Positions 8,762 through 18,296 of a stretch of 64,000 nt of DNA are shown here, one piece after another; position 1 is the stretch's first letter, and every line of letters begins with the position of its first letter. The stretch spans positions 702 to 64,701 of the IMG/VR virus record IMGVR_UViG_3300031576_000039; one strand, 5' to 3'. Source of the DNA: a virus. Its lineage: Duplodnaviria > Caudoviricetes. The translations under genes were made by a program, and so were the position numbers. The notes under the pieces are model-generated. The model did not search any database. It had not been told where the DNA came from and saw nothing but the letters and a program-made list of their open reading frames with translations.

Positions 8762-9165
8762 CCCGGGACCTGCACCACCGCGTTGTCCGGACCGGGACCC
8801 GACGAGAACTCGACCAGCACCCAGCTCGGGTGGTGCGCGGCTGCGCGCTCCAGCGTCGTGCGGCACGACGAGCACGCGTAGACCCTGCCGAGCAGCACGA
8901 ACTTCCCGTACGTGAACTCGACCACTGGCACGCTCCCGCCGTGCTGCACCGCCATGGCGATCAGCACCTCGGGAGCATGTCGATCGAGGTCCTCGACCGT
9001 GGCGAACGACCGGCACAGGATGGCCGCCGGCTGCCCGCACCTGCACCTCTCGCCGCCGAACGCGTTGGCGCGGTGGAACTCCTCCGCCGTCACCCGGCCA
9101 CCGAACAGGCGGGTGCGGTGGATGACTTCCCTGCGCTCTGCCTTAGACTTGGACTCCTGCCCCAT
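8758..9165 (-). CDS. Hypothetical Zn-binding protein, 135 aa
   Basis: CRCG and CSSC; preceded by TTGCGC-18-TAACGT-7-ATG. Confidence 0.55.
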   Translation of the reverse strand: MGQESKSKAERREVIHRTRLFGGRVTAEEFHRANAFGGERCRCGQPAAILCRSFATVEDLDRHAPEVLIAMAVQHGGSVPVVEFTYGKFVLLGRVYACSSCRTTLERAAAHHPSWVLVEFSSGPGPDNAVVQVPG

Positions 9166-9205
9166 GCCTCTCACGTTACCTTCCGCTGCGCCCGGGGCGC
9201 AACCG

Positions 9206-9706
9206 TCACTTCGCGTGGGTGACCGCACCGGACTTGGCCTGCCCGCGAAGGCGCACCAGCTCCTGCTGCTGCGCGACGTACAGCTTCTCAAGCTGCGCGA
9301 GGCGGCTGGTGGACTCCAGCTCCGCGAGCCTGATCCTGACCCGCTCGTAGTCCTCGAGCCGCCCGCGCTGCTCATTGAGGATATCTTGCACGCGCGCCCA
9401 CTCGCCGGTGTCCACCAGCATCCCGACCCCGCCGCCCTCCCGCTCCATCACGAGGTGCACCGAATCGCTGTTGCGGCCGTTCTGGTAGGGCTCGTAGGTC
9501 AGCTCGAAGATCTCCGGCTTGCACGGGTACAGTTCGTTCGCGATCCCTCGAATGATCCAGTCACCGGGCGTCGCGACGTGCTCACCTTCCAGAGTCTTGA
9601 TGAAGTACGCGGCACCGCGCATCACCACCCCCGGAGGCCACGTGGGTTGCTCGGGCCAGAACTGCTCGGCCTCGATCACGATCGGCTTCTTGCGGAACTT
9701 CTGCAT
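9206..9706 (-). CDS. Conserved phage protein of unknown function
   Basis: KFRKKPIVIEAEQF...IKTLEG...GDWIIRG...YPCKPEIFELTYE family signature. Confidence 0.8.
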   Translation of the reverse strand: MQKFRKKPIVIEAEQFWPEQPTWPPGVVMRGAAYFIKTLEGEHVATPGDWIIRGIANELYPCKPEIFELTYEPYQNGRNSDSVHLVMEREGGGVGMLVDTGEWARVQDILNEQRGRLEDYERVRIRLAELESTSRLAQLEKLYVAQQQELVRLRGQAKSGAVTHAK

Positions 9707-9709
9707 CAG

Positions 9710-10168
9710 TCACCTCCCCTTGATGGCGCCGTACGCCGGCTGCCCGTAGATCCGCGCGACCTCCCCCCAGCTCATCGCCGTCGGCCCGTGGCCGATCCGC
9801 ACGGCGCGGTCGTCGAGGAAGAGGTCCGCCAGCGGCTTGCCCTGGCGCCCGTCGTCGACCGCGTCGAACACCCCGGGCAGTTCGCGCGCCACGAACTCGA
9901 CCATCGCCCGCTGGCGCGCCTTCGCCAGCACACGGTCCGCGTAGGTAGTGGAGGCGGGCGCCGCCGCGCCCGCTCGCACCAGGGGGTCCAACTCGGGCAG
10001 GTGCTGAAGCGCGCGGTTGGAGCGCGCGCTCCACAGCAGCAGGACGTGGCCAGCGCGCTTGAGCGCGGCGAGCCCCTCGCGTGCCCCAGCCCTCAGCACC
10101 AGCGGACCCACGTGGGAGTAGGGCTCCTGCTCCACCACCGTCCCGTCGAAGTCGATCGCGACTATCAC
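9710..10168 (-). CDS. HAD-superfamily phosphatase (BT0820-like)
   Basis: IAIDFDGT-type DxD motif I (VAIDFDGTV), WSAR motif II, KP.AD..LDDRA motifs III/IV. Confidence 0.8.
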   Translation of the reverse strand: MIVAIDFDGTVVEQEPYSHVGPLVLRAGAREGLAALKRAGHVLLLWSARSNRALQHLPELDPLVRAGAAAPASTTYADRVLAKARQRAMVEFVARELPGVFDAVDDGRQGKPLADLFLDDRAVRIGHGPTAMSWGEVARIYGQPAYGAIKGR

Positions 10169-10353
10169 GCGCTGCCCTTCCTCACGACGATCGTCCACGG
10201 CTCGCAGGAGCAAGCGCGTGGATCCCGACCACTCGAGCACCACGGCTCGTGCACGATGATCTCGTCCCCGTCCTCGCTCTCCACCATCGCCGTGAGGATC
10301 GCCTCCTCTACGGTCGTGTAGAGCACCTCAAGCGTCTCGGCTGGGTCAGGCAT
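10165..10353 (-). CDS. Hypothetical protein, 62 aa
   Basis: Overlap-coupled ORF. Confidence 0.5.
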   Translation of the reverse strand: MPDPAETLEVLYTTVEEAILTAMVESEDGDEIIVHEPWCSSGRDPRACSCEPWTIVVRKGSA

Positions 10354-10489
10354 CGCGGTCCCACCTCGCGGTCGCCAGAGCCAGTCCCAGCCAGCCGGCG
10401 AGTAGGGTCAGGAAGACGCCGTCGGCCGGCGCAGGCGCACGCCAGGCCAGCAGCGCCAAGACCGTGACGAAGACCGCGTGGCCGATCAT
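10346..10489 (-). CDS. Small membrane protein with two TM segments
   Basis: Hydrophobic; ATGA overlap. Confidence 0.5.
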   Translation of the reverse strand: MIGHAVFVTVLALLAWRAPAPADGVFLTLLAGWLGLALATARWDRDA

Positions 10490-10716
10490 CGCGGCTCCAG
10501 CGCTGGCAGCACCCCGGCGGCCCAGTGGTCCGAGTAGACCCACACGCCCTCAGCGAGGTCGGGCCGCGCGACGATGGCAGCGGCCAGCCACTGGCGGCGG
10601 TGGCGCCGCGTGGCGCTGTCGAACGTGGAGCCGTCGTCCTCGCCGAGGTCCGCGACGTGCTGTACAACCCACGCGGCGCGCATGCGCCGCGCGAGCGCGA
10701 CGATCTCCGGTTCCAT
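10486..10716 (-). CDS. Hypothetical protein, 76 aa
   Basis: TGATG coupling. Confidence 0.5.
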   Translation of the reverse strand: MEPEIVALARRMRAAWVVQHVADLGEDDGSTFDSATRRHRRQWLAAAIVARPDLAEGVWVYSDHWAAGVLPALEPR

Positions 10717-11183
10717 CACGGCACCTCGATCCCGACGGCGCGGGCGAGGTCGAGCAGGACGAGGTGGTGCCTCTCCGCCTTCGTCGGCCCCCAGCGCTCG
10801 GTCGTCGTCAAGTGGAGGACCTCGAGCGCGGCGTGGTGGAGGCGTTCGTCGCACACGCAGGCGAGCACGAACGCGCGCCCCGACACCGGCGATCCGGGCC
10901 AGAAGGCCGCGATGGTGGCGGCCCAGGACGGCACCCAGGTGGAGGTGGAGGCGTGGAGCTGCCTCAGCACGATGGAGGGCACGACCTGCTCGATCCAGTG
11001 CTCCCCGTCCAAGCGTGTCCAGCCGTGCTCCCCGTCCAAGCGTGTCCAGCCGTCGGGCTGAACGGAGACGTAGCTGGCCTCGCACTCGTGGACCTTGGAT
11101 CGAAAGACCTGCACGCAGAACGGGCAGTACATGAGTTGATAGGGGCCAGCGCTGGCTGAGGATCTCACGACCGAACCTCTCAT
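10716..11183 (-). CDS. Hypothetical Cys-containing protein
   Basis: Preceded by the GATCAAGGCA motif; contains a 27-bp duplication. Confidence 0.45.
   Translation of the reverse strand: MRGSVVRSSASAGPYQLMYCPFCVQVFRSKVHECEASYVSVQPDGWTRLDGEHGWTRLDGEHWIEQVVPSIVLRQLHASTSTWVPSWAATIAAFWPGSPVSGRAFVLACVCDERLHHAALEVLHLTTTERWGPTKAERHHLVLLDLARAVGIEVP
10998..11051. repeat. Perfect 27-bp tandem duplication (GWTRLDGEH x2)
   Basis: gtgctccccgtccaagcgtgtccagcc occurs twice. Confidence 0.9.
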
Positions 11184-11186
11184 AGA

Positions 11187-11372
11187 TCAGTGCCTTGATC
11201 GATCCGGGCGATCGTCACCACGCACCTCGACGAGCACCGGGTGGCGCAGGACGCGCGCGGCGAGGCGCAGGAGGACCCACCCGACGTGGAGGCGCCAGCG
11301 CAGGATCCCCCACGGGCGCCGCGCGGCCACCCTCGCCGGGGTCGGGGCAGAGGTGCGGACCAGGGCGGGCAC
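11187..11372 (-). CDS. Small basic/hydrophobic protein, 61 aa
   Basis: GTG directly after the portal stop; high GC3. Confidence 0.4.
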   Translation of the reverse strand: MPALVRTSAPTPARVAARRPWGILRWRLHVGWVLLRLAARVLRHPVLVEVRGDDRPDRSRH

Positions 11373-13232
11373 TCAGGCGTCCCCACCGCCCGCCATCATG
11401 GCCGCGACGCCCGGCACCCTCTCCGCGGCGTCCGGCGACTCCGCCAGGGTGCTGGTGGCGTAGATCTGCACGTACTTCGCCCGGTACTGCGGGAGGGTGA
11501 GGTCGCCGTCCTCGATCGGGCCCAGGCCCTTGCTCGCGCGCACCTCATTGATCGTGACGATCCCCCCCTCGATCTCGTACTGGAAGAACTTGACGCCCTC
11601 CGCTGGGGGCGCAGCCTGCTCCTCGCGCGGCAGCGCGCCGAGGGCCATCGCCTCCAGCTCCGCCTGCTCGCTCACCTGCGAGGCGCGCACGCGGTCGAGC
11701 ATGGCGCGCGCGTCCTCAACGCGGAAGTAGGGGGCGACGTAGTGCACGGCGACCTCGTCGTCGATCACGCCCCCGCCCTTGGCCGACACGGCGGCGGTGA
11801 CCGCCTTCTGCGCGTCGTCCACCGACGGCTCGAAGTAGCCGGGCCACTGGAGCTTGAGCGTGCCGCCGGCGCCGAGCCGCCGCTCCACCCGCTTGCCTTC
11901 CCCCGTGAAGCGCGGGGGGAGCACGAGGGAGGACCGGACGAGGTTGCCCTCGGCGTCCGCGCGCGGCTCCCCGAGCGCCCGCGCCGCGCGGACCATGCGG
12001 TCGATCAGGCGCTTCACCCCCCTCTCCCCGTACTGCTCGCGCAGGACGTCGGCCTTGGAGAGCATGGAGGAGTAGACCCGCTCGATCTCGGTGGCGGTGC
12101 GGTTGGAGGTGTCGGGGTGGTCGAGCACGCACTGTGCGACCTCGAGCACCTGCGAGCGCAGCTGCCCCACCAGGTCCATCGCCGACTTAGGCCCCGAGCC
12201 CGAGATCTCCATGTAGCTCGCGCCGCCGCCCTTCTCCAGGACGAGGGCGTTGTCGGAGCCCTTCCGGAGGTCGGCGACCTCGCGGTCGGTGGTGATGGTG
12301 GCGGTGGGGTCGCAGTTCGACTTGGTCCCGCGGATCGCCTGCGACTGGAGCTGGTCGATCTCCTCGATCGTGTCGAAGACGCCGTGGGCGTCGGGCTCCC
12401 CGTCCACGTCGTCCACCACGGGCAGGTTCTGGATCCAGGTGCCGGGGAAGAACCCGAGACCGTGGTCGACGCGCTCGCGCTCCCTCCACGCCGGCTCGTC
12501 CCCCTGCCCCACCATCTCCGGCTCGTACACGACGTCCGAGGAGGTGTCGATCACGCGCCGGTACCACACCATGATCGTCACCCACAGGCCCGACTCCGGG
12601 TCGCGCGTCTCGATGGGGTACTGGTAGCGGATCTCCAACCCCTCCAGGTCGAGGGCCTGGCGGTCGCGCCAGTAGGGGGTGACCCATCGCGGGTCGTGCA
12701 CCTCGACGAGGGGCAGGCCGTTCGAGAACTGGAACGTGAGCACGGCGGTGCCGGTGGCGCCCCCGTAGTTGCGGGCGAGGATCATCGCCGGCCACAGGCG
12801 GGACACCTCCGCCAGAGCGCGCGCGAAGTCCTCAGTGGTCGGGTCGCCCTCCATGCGCACCTGCGGGTGCTGCCGCTCGGAGAACAGGAGGCCGGTGAAG
12901 CGGTGCACGATGGCGCGCGCGAGGTGGTAGGGGGCGGAGGGCCGGCGGAACTTGAGCGGCAGCTTCGAGGTCTGCCCGCCGGCGTCGTAGAAGCCGGGCG
13001 GGATGTAGCCGGCGGACGCGATGGCCTCCCGCGCGAACTCGTCGACGCACGGAGTGCCGTCCCAGTCCACCTGCCGCGTGTCGTACTGCGAGCAGCAGTA
13101 GTAGGACCACCGGCGGTTCAGCGACTGCTGGCGCGGCGACATGCCGAGGTTCTCGAGCCGGCGGATCGCCTTCGGCTCCACCTGGGGCGACATGCGCCGC
13201 CACGCGTCGGGCTGGTAGCCGGGGCCGCTCAC
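11373..13232 (-). CDS. Portal protein
   Basis: 619 aa; IVHRFTGLLF, HGLGFFP, and TINEVRASKGLGPIEDGD portal-type motifs; between terminase and gpF. Confidence 0.8.
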   Translation of the reverse strand: MSGPGYQPDAWRRMSPQVEPKAIRRLENLGMSPRQQSLNRRWSYYCCSQYDTRQVDWDGTPCVDEFAREAIASAGYIPPGFYDAGGQTSKLPLKFRRPSAPYHLARAIVHRFTGLLFSERQHPQVRMEGDPTTEDFARALAEVSRLWPAMILARNYGGATGTAVLTFQFSNGLPLVEVHDPRWVTPYWRDRQALDLEGLEIRYQYPIETRDPESGLWVTIMVWYRRVIDTSSDVVYEPEMVGQGDEPAWRERERVDHGLGFFPGTWIQNLPVVDDVDGEPDAHGVFDTIEEIDQLQSQAIRGTKSNCDPTATITTDREVADLRKGSDNALVLEKGGGASYMEISGSGPKSAMDLVGQLRSQVLEVAQCVLDHPDTSNRTATEIERVYSSMLSKADVLREQYGERGVKRLIDRMVRAARALGEPRADAEGNLVRSSLVLPPRFTGEGKRVERRLGAGGTLKLQWPGYFEPSVDDAQKAVTAAVSAKGGGVIDDEVAVHYVAPYFRVEDARAMLDRVRASQVSEQAELEAMALGALPREEQAAPPAEGVKFFQYEIEGGIVTINEVRASKGLGPIEDGDLTLPQYRAKYVQIYATSTLAESPDAAERVPGVAAMMAGGGDA

Positions 13233-13239
13233 CGACCGG

Positions 13240-13248
13240 ATCCTAACA
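13240..13248 (-). promoter_or_regulatory. Extended -10 promoter TGtTAGGAT, probably leaderless portal mRNA
   Basis: GTG start 7 nt downstream; no SD. Confidence 0.5.
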
Positions 13249-13304
13249 CGGCGACTGCTTCTTGCCGTCGCCGATCACGCGGAGCAGGGCCCACCACTCC
13301 GCTG

Positions 13305-13532
13305 TCACGGCGCCGCCCTCCCGCAGCCCGGCCTCCACCAGTATCCGCGCCCCTGAGGCTCGGAGTAGTAGATGCACCCGATCTCCCACGCGCGGCACAG
13401 CGCGCCCGCGTCGCGCAGGCACGCCCCGAGGTTGCTGAGCGACCGCTGGAACGCGATGGCGTCAGTGTGCCCTAGCGTGCTTCTCCACGCCGCCCAGAAC
13501 CACGCGCCGTCGGTGGTGTGCTCGAGCTTCAC
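13305..13532 (-). CDS. Hypothetical Trp-rich protein
   Basis: GTGA overlap. Confidence 0.5.
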   Translation of the reverse strand: MKLEHTTDGAWFWAAWRSTLGHTDAIAFQRSLSNLGACLRDAGALCRAWEIGCIYYSEPQGRGYWWRPGCGRAAP

Positions 13533-13873
13533 GGCTGCACCTTCCCGCCGCGGTCAGCGATGGCGCGGATGTCGCGGGTCACCTGCGCCAGCACCTCCTT
13601 GGCCCTCTCCATCTCGGCGATGAACTGGGGCCCGGCGTACGGCCCGTTGTGCACCTGTGCTGACACCCACACGGCCACGTACTCGGGGGCGGCGGCGACT
13701 TCCTCGATTCTGCGCACCAAGTCGCGGAGGACTTCCTCGATTCTGCGCACCAAGTCACGGAGGTCATCGCGCTCGTTCTCCACCGCATTCGCGCGGAGAC
13801 GCTGCGACTCGGCCTCCGACATCCATGTTCCGAGGCGATCCCTCAGGTCATCTATTGTCTGGTCGGCGGTCAC
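13529..13873 (-). CDS. Coiled-coil hypothetical protein
   Basis: GTGA overlap; contains a 33-bp duplication. Confidence 0.5.
   Translation of the reverse strand: MTADQTIDDLRDRLGTWMSEAESQRLRANAVENERDDLRDLVRRIEEVLRDLVRRIEEVAAAPEYVAVWVSAQVHNGPYAGPQFIAEMERAKEVLAQVTRDIRAIADRGGKVQP
13697..13762. repeat. 33-bp tandem duplication with one mismatch (LRDLVRRIEEV x2)
   Basis: Seen directly. Confidence 0.9.
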
Positions 13874-14106
13874 GAGCTGGGCTCCTCGTCCCGCCCCCGC
13901 GGAGCCGCTGCGCGCACAACTGCCGCCCACGGCTGGAGGTTCTCCCGCGCCGCGTCCATCACGAGGGCTCCGTCGTGGATCCGCAGGACAGCCCCGAGCC
14001 GCACGTCGTAGCTGTTGCCACCAAGCTGCGCGAGATCGAACGGGTCGATCACGATCAGGCCGTCCTCGATGGCGGCCAGGATAGAGGAGTCGCTCAGGAT
14101 GCTCAC
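13870..14106 (-). pseudogene. dcd: Truncated dCTP deaminase, N-terminal about 55 aa only
   Basis: ILSDSSILAAIEDGLIVIDPFD.AQL..NSYDVRLG; lacks the RSS and DPG motifs. Confidence 0.7.
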
Positions 14107-14321
14107 GGCCTGGGCCCCGGCGGCGCCACCCGCAGTCTTCGCTCCACTTCGAAGGCGATGGCTAAGGCGAGGCCCTCCACAGCGACGACGGCGCAAGGTC
14201 GGCACCCGTGATCGATGGTCTCTCCAAGGTGATGGTCACACCTGCCGACTCGCGTCAAGATCGAGCAGTAGGGCGCCAGCTCGTTGACCAACGCGAGCGA
14301 GGCTTCGTGAAGGTTCGTCAT
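14103..14321 (-). CDS. Hypothetical protein
   Basis: Overlap-coupled. Confidence 0.45.
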   Translation of the reverse strand: MTNLHEASLALVNELAPYCSILTRVGRCDHHLGETIDHGCRPCAVVAVEGLALAIAFEVERRLRVAPPGPRP

Positions 14322-14599
14322 GCGGTGAACTCCTTGATCCCCCTCCCCGCGACCTCGCGGAAGCGCGAGGCCCAGGACGCCACACGCTCGGCGTGCACGG
14401 CGGCCTCGCGGTGGCCCGTCATGTCACCAGCCTCCACGCAGAACTCACGCACCAGCGCGAGCAGCGCGGGGATGTCCGAGATCCGGATCGAGTCCTCGGC
14501 AGCGCGGATCGGGCAGGTCGCGCAGCACAGCCTCCCGTGCTGGTCGACGTAGCGCGCCTCGTTCTCGCAGGCGCCGTACCCGCAGCGGGACCGGCTCAT
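14318..14599 (-). CDS. Hypothetical Zn-binding protein
   Basis: CGYGAC and CCATC; ATGA overlaps. Confidence 0.5.
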   Translation of the reverse strand: MSRSRCGYGACENEARYVDQHGRLCCATCPIRAAEDSIRISDIPALLALVREFCVEAGDMTGHREAAVHAERVASWASRFREVAGRGIKEFTA

Positions 14600-15339
14600 C
14601 GCAGCTCACCCAGGATGGCCGCGGCCACGCGCTCGGCGTGCCTCTGCGTGGCCCGCTCACTCGCTCCGTCCGAGAGGTCGCCCTCGTCGATCAGCGCCTG
14701 CATCTCGTGGGCGTACTCCGCGACCAGCTGGCCAGCCAGGACGTAGGCCCACCTGCGATCCGACACTACTGTGATGGACGCGGCGTGGGCCACCCTGGCG
14801 GACTGTGTTGCCGCCTGGACCCTGCCGCCCACGACCCGCTCCCCGTCCTCGGCCAGCACGCCGGGCAGCAGGCACTGCTGGCAGTCCCGGCAGACGCTGA
14901 AGATGACGGACCGGAACGCGGCCCCGCACCGCGCGCACGTGCGGTCGACGGTGGACCCCTCGTGCACGAGGTGGTCGACGACGGGCGCCTGTGCGGATGG
15001 GTGCAGGTGAATGGTTGTCCTCAGGCCGGTGGAGCTGCACCAGTTTGGGCCGCCGTCCGGCGGCGGCTTGGTGACCAGCGACCCTACGGCGTCGATGGCG
15101 TCGCACCGTACCTGCTCGAGCGACTTCAGGTCCTGCAACGGCCGCTCGCCGGCGTCCAGGATACTGAGGGCGAACTGCGCCAGCTGCGCGTTGCTCACGG
15201 CGCCTTGCTCCTGGACCACCCGCGCGAGCGCGACGTCGAAGGCCCACGCGAGCAGCTCTGGTGGGTACTCCCCGCCCGCCCGCCTGAGCGCCTCGAGTCC
15301 CTCCTCACGGCCGACCAGGTTCTCGATCGGTTGGGTCAC
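14596..15339 (-). CDS. Hypothetical protein with a Zn ribbon
   Basis: CARC...CRDC; GTGA overlap. Confidence 0.5.
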   Translation of the reverse strand: MTQPIENLVGREEGLEALRRAGGEYPPELLAWAFDVALARVVQEQGAVSNAQLAQFALSILDAGERPLQDLKSLEQVRCDAIDAVGSLVTKPPPDGGPNWCSSTGLRTTIHLHPSAQAPVVDHLVHEGSTVDRTCARCGAAFRSVIFSVCRDCQQCLLPGVLAEDGERVVGGRVQAATQSARVAHAASITVVSDRRWAYVLAGQLVAEYAHEMQALIDEGDLSDGASERATQRHAERVAAAILGELR

Positions 15340-15506
15340 AGCCGCACGCCCTTCCCGCGCAGCCACTGGAGGACCAACGCCTCCGCGTCGGTGGGCTGCC
15401 GGCCGATGCTGCCGACCACGGCCATCGCCCACCTCCGCATCGGGCGTGGGTCACCGCGGTTGTCCCGGTGGTAGATTCGTCGCACGTCCTTGGATCGCTT
15501 GCTCAT
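15336..15506 (-). CDS. Small basic protein (MSKRSKDVRR...)
   Basis: ATGA overlap; preceded by the GATCAAGGCA motif. Confidence 0.5.
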   Translation of the reverse strand: MSKRSKDVRRIYHRDNRGDPRPMRRWAMAVVGSIGRQPTDAEALVLQWLRGKGVRL

Positions 15507-16018
15507 ATCTCCCCTGCCTTGATCGCACCGTTGAGGTCTGTTGAGGTCTCCAGCTGCCGCGCGAGGTCCTCGACCCACCCGCGCACGACGTCGCGGGTCC
15601 GGTAGGTGCACCACAGGCCCAGGTCGGGGAGACCGACTACTGGGCCCAGGCTCAGGCCCGGCGCCAGGTCGTCGTGGTGCACGCAGTCGAAGCCGATCCA
15701 CCAGACGGCGTCGGGTTCGCCTGGGTGCGACGCGTGGCAGACGTGCCCGCTGCGCGCCGCGGCGTAGGAGACCCCACCGTGGACGCTGACGCCCAACTGC
15801 TCGTCGTCGAGGTCCAGCCCGTAGTAGGGGTGGCCGGGTGGCAGTCCCACGTAGCCGCACCACGCACCGACCCGGCTGCGGACCATCAGGCATGGGAACC
15901 CGCGCGCCCGCCACTCGACGCGGTCCTCCGGCTCCGCGTCCCACGGCCCGGGCGGCCAGCAGGTCCGGTCGACCTCGTGCTCGTCTGCGTTGCTCATCAG
16001 GACCTTCCTACTCTCCAC
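15503..16018 (-). CDS. Conserved phage protein of unknown function
   Basis: WCGYVGLP.GHP...VHGGVSY...WWIGFDC.H..D signature. Confidence 0.75.
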   Translation of the reverse strand: MESRKVLMSNADEHEVDRTCWPPGPWDAEPEDRVEWRARGFPCLMVRSRVGAWCGYVGLPPGHPYYGLDLDDEQLGVSVHGGVSYAAARSGHVCHASHPGEPDAVWWIGFDCVHHDDLAPGLSLGPVVGLPDLGLWCTYRTRDVVRGWVEDLARQLETSTDLNGAIKAGEI

Positions 16019-16442
16019 TTTCGAGCCTCGCCAGCTCGGCCTTCACCTGGGCGACCATCTCCGTTTTCCCAATGGCCTCGAACGACTTGATCATCCGCCG
16101 GAGATCCGTACAGCGGTCTGCTCTATCGCGTGCAACCTTCTTCGCGTGGACCTTCGGCGCGAGGACGGTGGGGTCGGCGGCCGCGACCATCGTCACCTGC
16201 ATGACCTGGATCGCCGCGAACAGGTTCGCGATCACCTCGTCGAGATGCGACTGCTCCTCCGTGCGGAAGCGGGACTCCGCACGGCAGAGGTAGCCGGCGA
16301 TTGCCTCGTCGATCGCCCTCGAGATCTCATCGCCGGCCCGGCCGTACTCCTCGACGGCCTCCTCTAGCTCCTCCTCGGTCCCGGCGTTATTGAGGCCGTT
16401 GACCAGTGAGGCGAACTGCTTGCGGGCTGCTCCGGCGTCCAT
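16008..16442 (-). CDS. Helical hypothetical protein, 144 aa
   Basis: Coherent ORF; preceded by the GATCAAGGCA motif. Confidence 0.55.
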   Translation of the reverse strand: MDAGAARKQFASLVNGLNNAGTEEELEEAVEEYGRAGDEISRAIDEAIAGYLCRAESRFRTEEQSHLDEVIANLFAAIQVMQVTMVAAADPTVLAPKVHAKKVARDRADRCTDLRRMIKSFEAIGKTEMVAQVKAELARLESGE

Positions 16443-16466
16443 ATCCGTGCCTTGATCGATCCGAGG

Positions 16467-17936
16467 CTACCTCGTCATCAGGTCCAGGCTCGCCCACCCC
16501 GCCTTCGACCGCGCCATGCGGTCGCCCTCGCGGGCGAACCACATGGACATCAGCCGGTCGCCGGTGTGGCCGGCGGGGTCGTAGAACCGCATCTCGTTGA
16601 TCAGCGCCGCCAGCTCCGGGTGCACGCTGCCGCTCCCATCGTTAGGGAAGATCCATCTGCCCGCCGCCATCTCCGCCGCGATCGACTCCACGCCGAACTC
16701 CGGGTGCGCCTTGTTACGCCCCGTGGTGAACCCGCGGATGGGGACGGCCGCGTGCTGGGTGCGCGTGAACTGGACTAGGTACTGCTGGGCAGCGTTGTTC
16801 TCCACCACCACCAGGGAGTTGTAGCGCCGGTGGTGGTCGACGATGCGCGCCACGATGTCCGGCCCCGCCCACCGGCCGCTCTCGATGCACAGCACCTCGC
16901 GGTCCCCGTTGGGGTGCGCGATGACGGAGGTGAGCACGGTGAGGTCGGCGGAGGAGTGCTGCTGCACCGCCAGGTCCACGCCGGTCACCGTGCGGCAGCC
17001 GGCCGGCACGTTCTGCAACCCGAAGGCGAGGGAGCGGCCGCGCCCCTTTTCCAGGCAGCGCTGGATCCACTCCTCCTTGAACCGCGCCGCCGTGTCGTCG
17101 CGGGGCTGGCACAGGAGCTGGCGGGCGAACTCGAGCGGGCCCATGTCCAGGCGCGCCCGGGCGATGCGCGCCGGCGGCCACCGCTCCGGCCAGGTGGGCA
17201 CCCCGCGCTCGTCCACGACCGGGAAGCGCCAGGCCTCCCAGCCCGGCGAGCGCGCGAGCCGGTAGAGCAGGTCGTCGGGGTGGTAGGCGTTGCCGATGAT
17301 GATCACCCGCGAGTCGGCGGTGAGCCGGCCGGAGAGGGTGCTGAGGTACCACTCGTACAGGTCGGTGCGGGCGCGCGGCGTGCGCGCGTTCTCGTAGTCG
17401 AGCACGTCGTCAAGCACGAGGAGGTCGATGCGCGACCCGAGGATGTTGCCGTGCACGCCGCACCCCTGCACGCTCGGGTCCTTGCTCACGACGGAGCGCC
17501 TCACGAACAACTGGTCGTCCCGCCAGGGGTAGCCGGGGCGCAGCCCCGTCACCTTGCGCGCGTCCTCGCCGCGCTCGATGTACCGCCCGATCGTCCGCAC
17601 GATCTTGCTCGCCTGCCCATGCGTGTTGCTCACGATCGCGACGCGCAGGCTGTGCTCGCGGCCCAGCTCGTACAGGACGCGACCGACCGCGACCTGTACG
17701 GTTTTGCCCGCCTCCACGTGGCTCCACAGGATCAGGCGGGGGTGCTTGCTGATCAGCGCGTGCCACCGCTCGTGCGTGGGGGTGAGCCGGATGGGCTGGC
17801 CGGTCTGCTCGTCGCGGAGCACCAGGGAGCAGAACAGCACGGGGTCGACAGCGGCCTGGGCCAGCAGGCTCTCGCGAGCGCGCTGGGTGCGCGTCCACTG
17901 CGAGAGCACGGCGCCGTCGGCGCGCGGCGACGTCAC
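16467..17936 (-). CDS. terL: Terminase large subunit
   Basis: Walker A (HVEAGKT), Walker B (LLVLDDV), nuclease GVDLA, ENNAAQ and HTGDRLMS motifs. Confidence 0.9.
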   Translation of the reverse strand: MTSPRADGAVLSQWTRTQRARESLLAQAAVDPVLFCSLVLRDEQTGQPIRLTPTHERWHALISKHPRLILWSHVEAGKTVQVAVGRVLYELGREHSLRVAIVSNTHGQASKIVRTIGRYIERGEDARKVTGLRPGYPWRDDQLFVRRSVVSKDPSVQGCGVHGNILGSRIDLLVLDDVLDYENARTPRARTDLYEWYLSTLSGRLTADSRVIIIGNAYHPDDLLYRLARSPGWEAWRFPVVDERGVPTWPERWPPARIARARLDMGPLEFARQLLCQPRDDTAARFKEEWIQRCLEKGRGRSLAFGLQNVPAGCRTVTGVDLAVQQHSSADLTVLTSVIAHPNGDREVLCIESGRWAGPDIVARIVDHHRRYNSLVVVENNAAQQYLVQFTRTQHAAVPIRGFTTGRNKAHPEFGVESIAAEMAAGRWIFPNDGSGSVHPELAALINEMRFYDPAGHTGDRLMSMWFAREGDRMARSKAGWASLDLMTR

Positions 17937-18211
17937 CGACCCGGCCGCCGGGTGGGACCACCTGAGTCGAGGGCGGCGCCCCGACGGTAGCGCCGGCCGG
18001 CGCGGCTCATGACGTAGTCGACCACCGACTTGAGGCTCTGCGGGTCCAGCTCCGGCTGGTCCCCGCACGCGGCGTTGCGGGCGGTGCGCGCGGAGACCCC
18101 GGCGGCACGCGCGATGTCCGCATAGGTGTACGAGAACCTCATGGGCCCGCGCTCACGGTGGTTCGGGTGGTCGCGCAGGCACCCACCGGGCATCCCGATG
18201 TCGTCGCTCAT
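17933..18211 (-). CDS. HTH DNA-binding protein
   Basis: YTYADIARAAGVSARTARN. Confidence 0.65.
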   Translation of the reverse strand: MSDDIGMPGGCLRDHPNHRERGPMRFSYTYADIARAAGVSARTARNAACGDQPELDPQSLKSVVDYVMSRAGRRYRRGAALDSGGPTRRPGR

Positions 18212-18296
18212 GACGGATCTCCGCTGACAACTATCACGTGGGCGTGACCTCGTCCACCTCCGCCCATGCAGAACGGGCACTCCTCGACGAGCTAGG

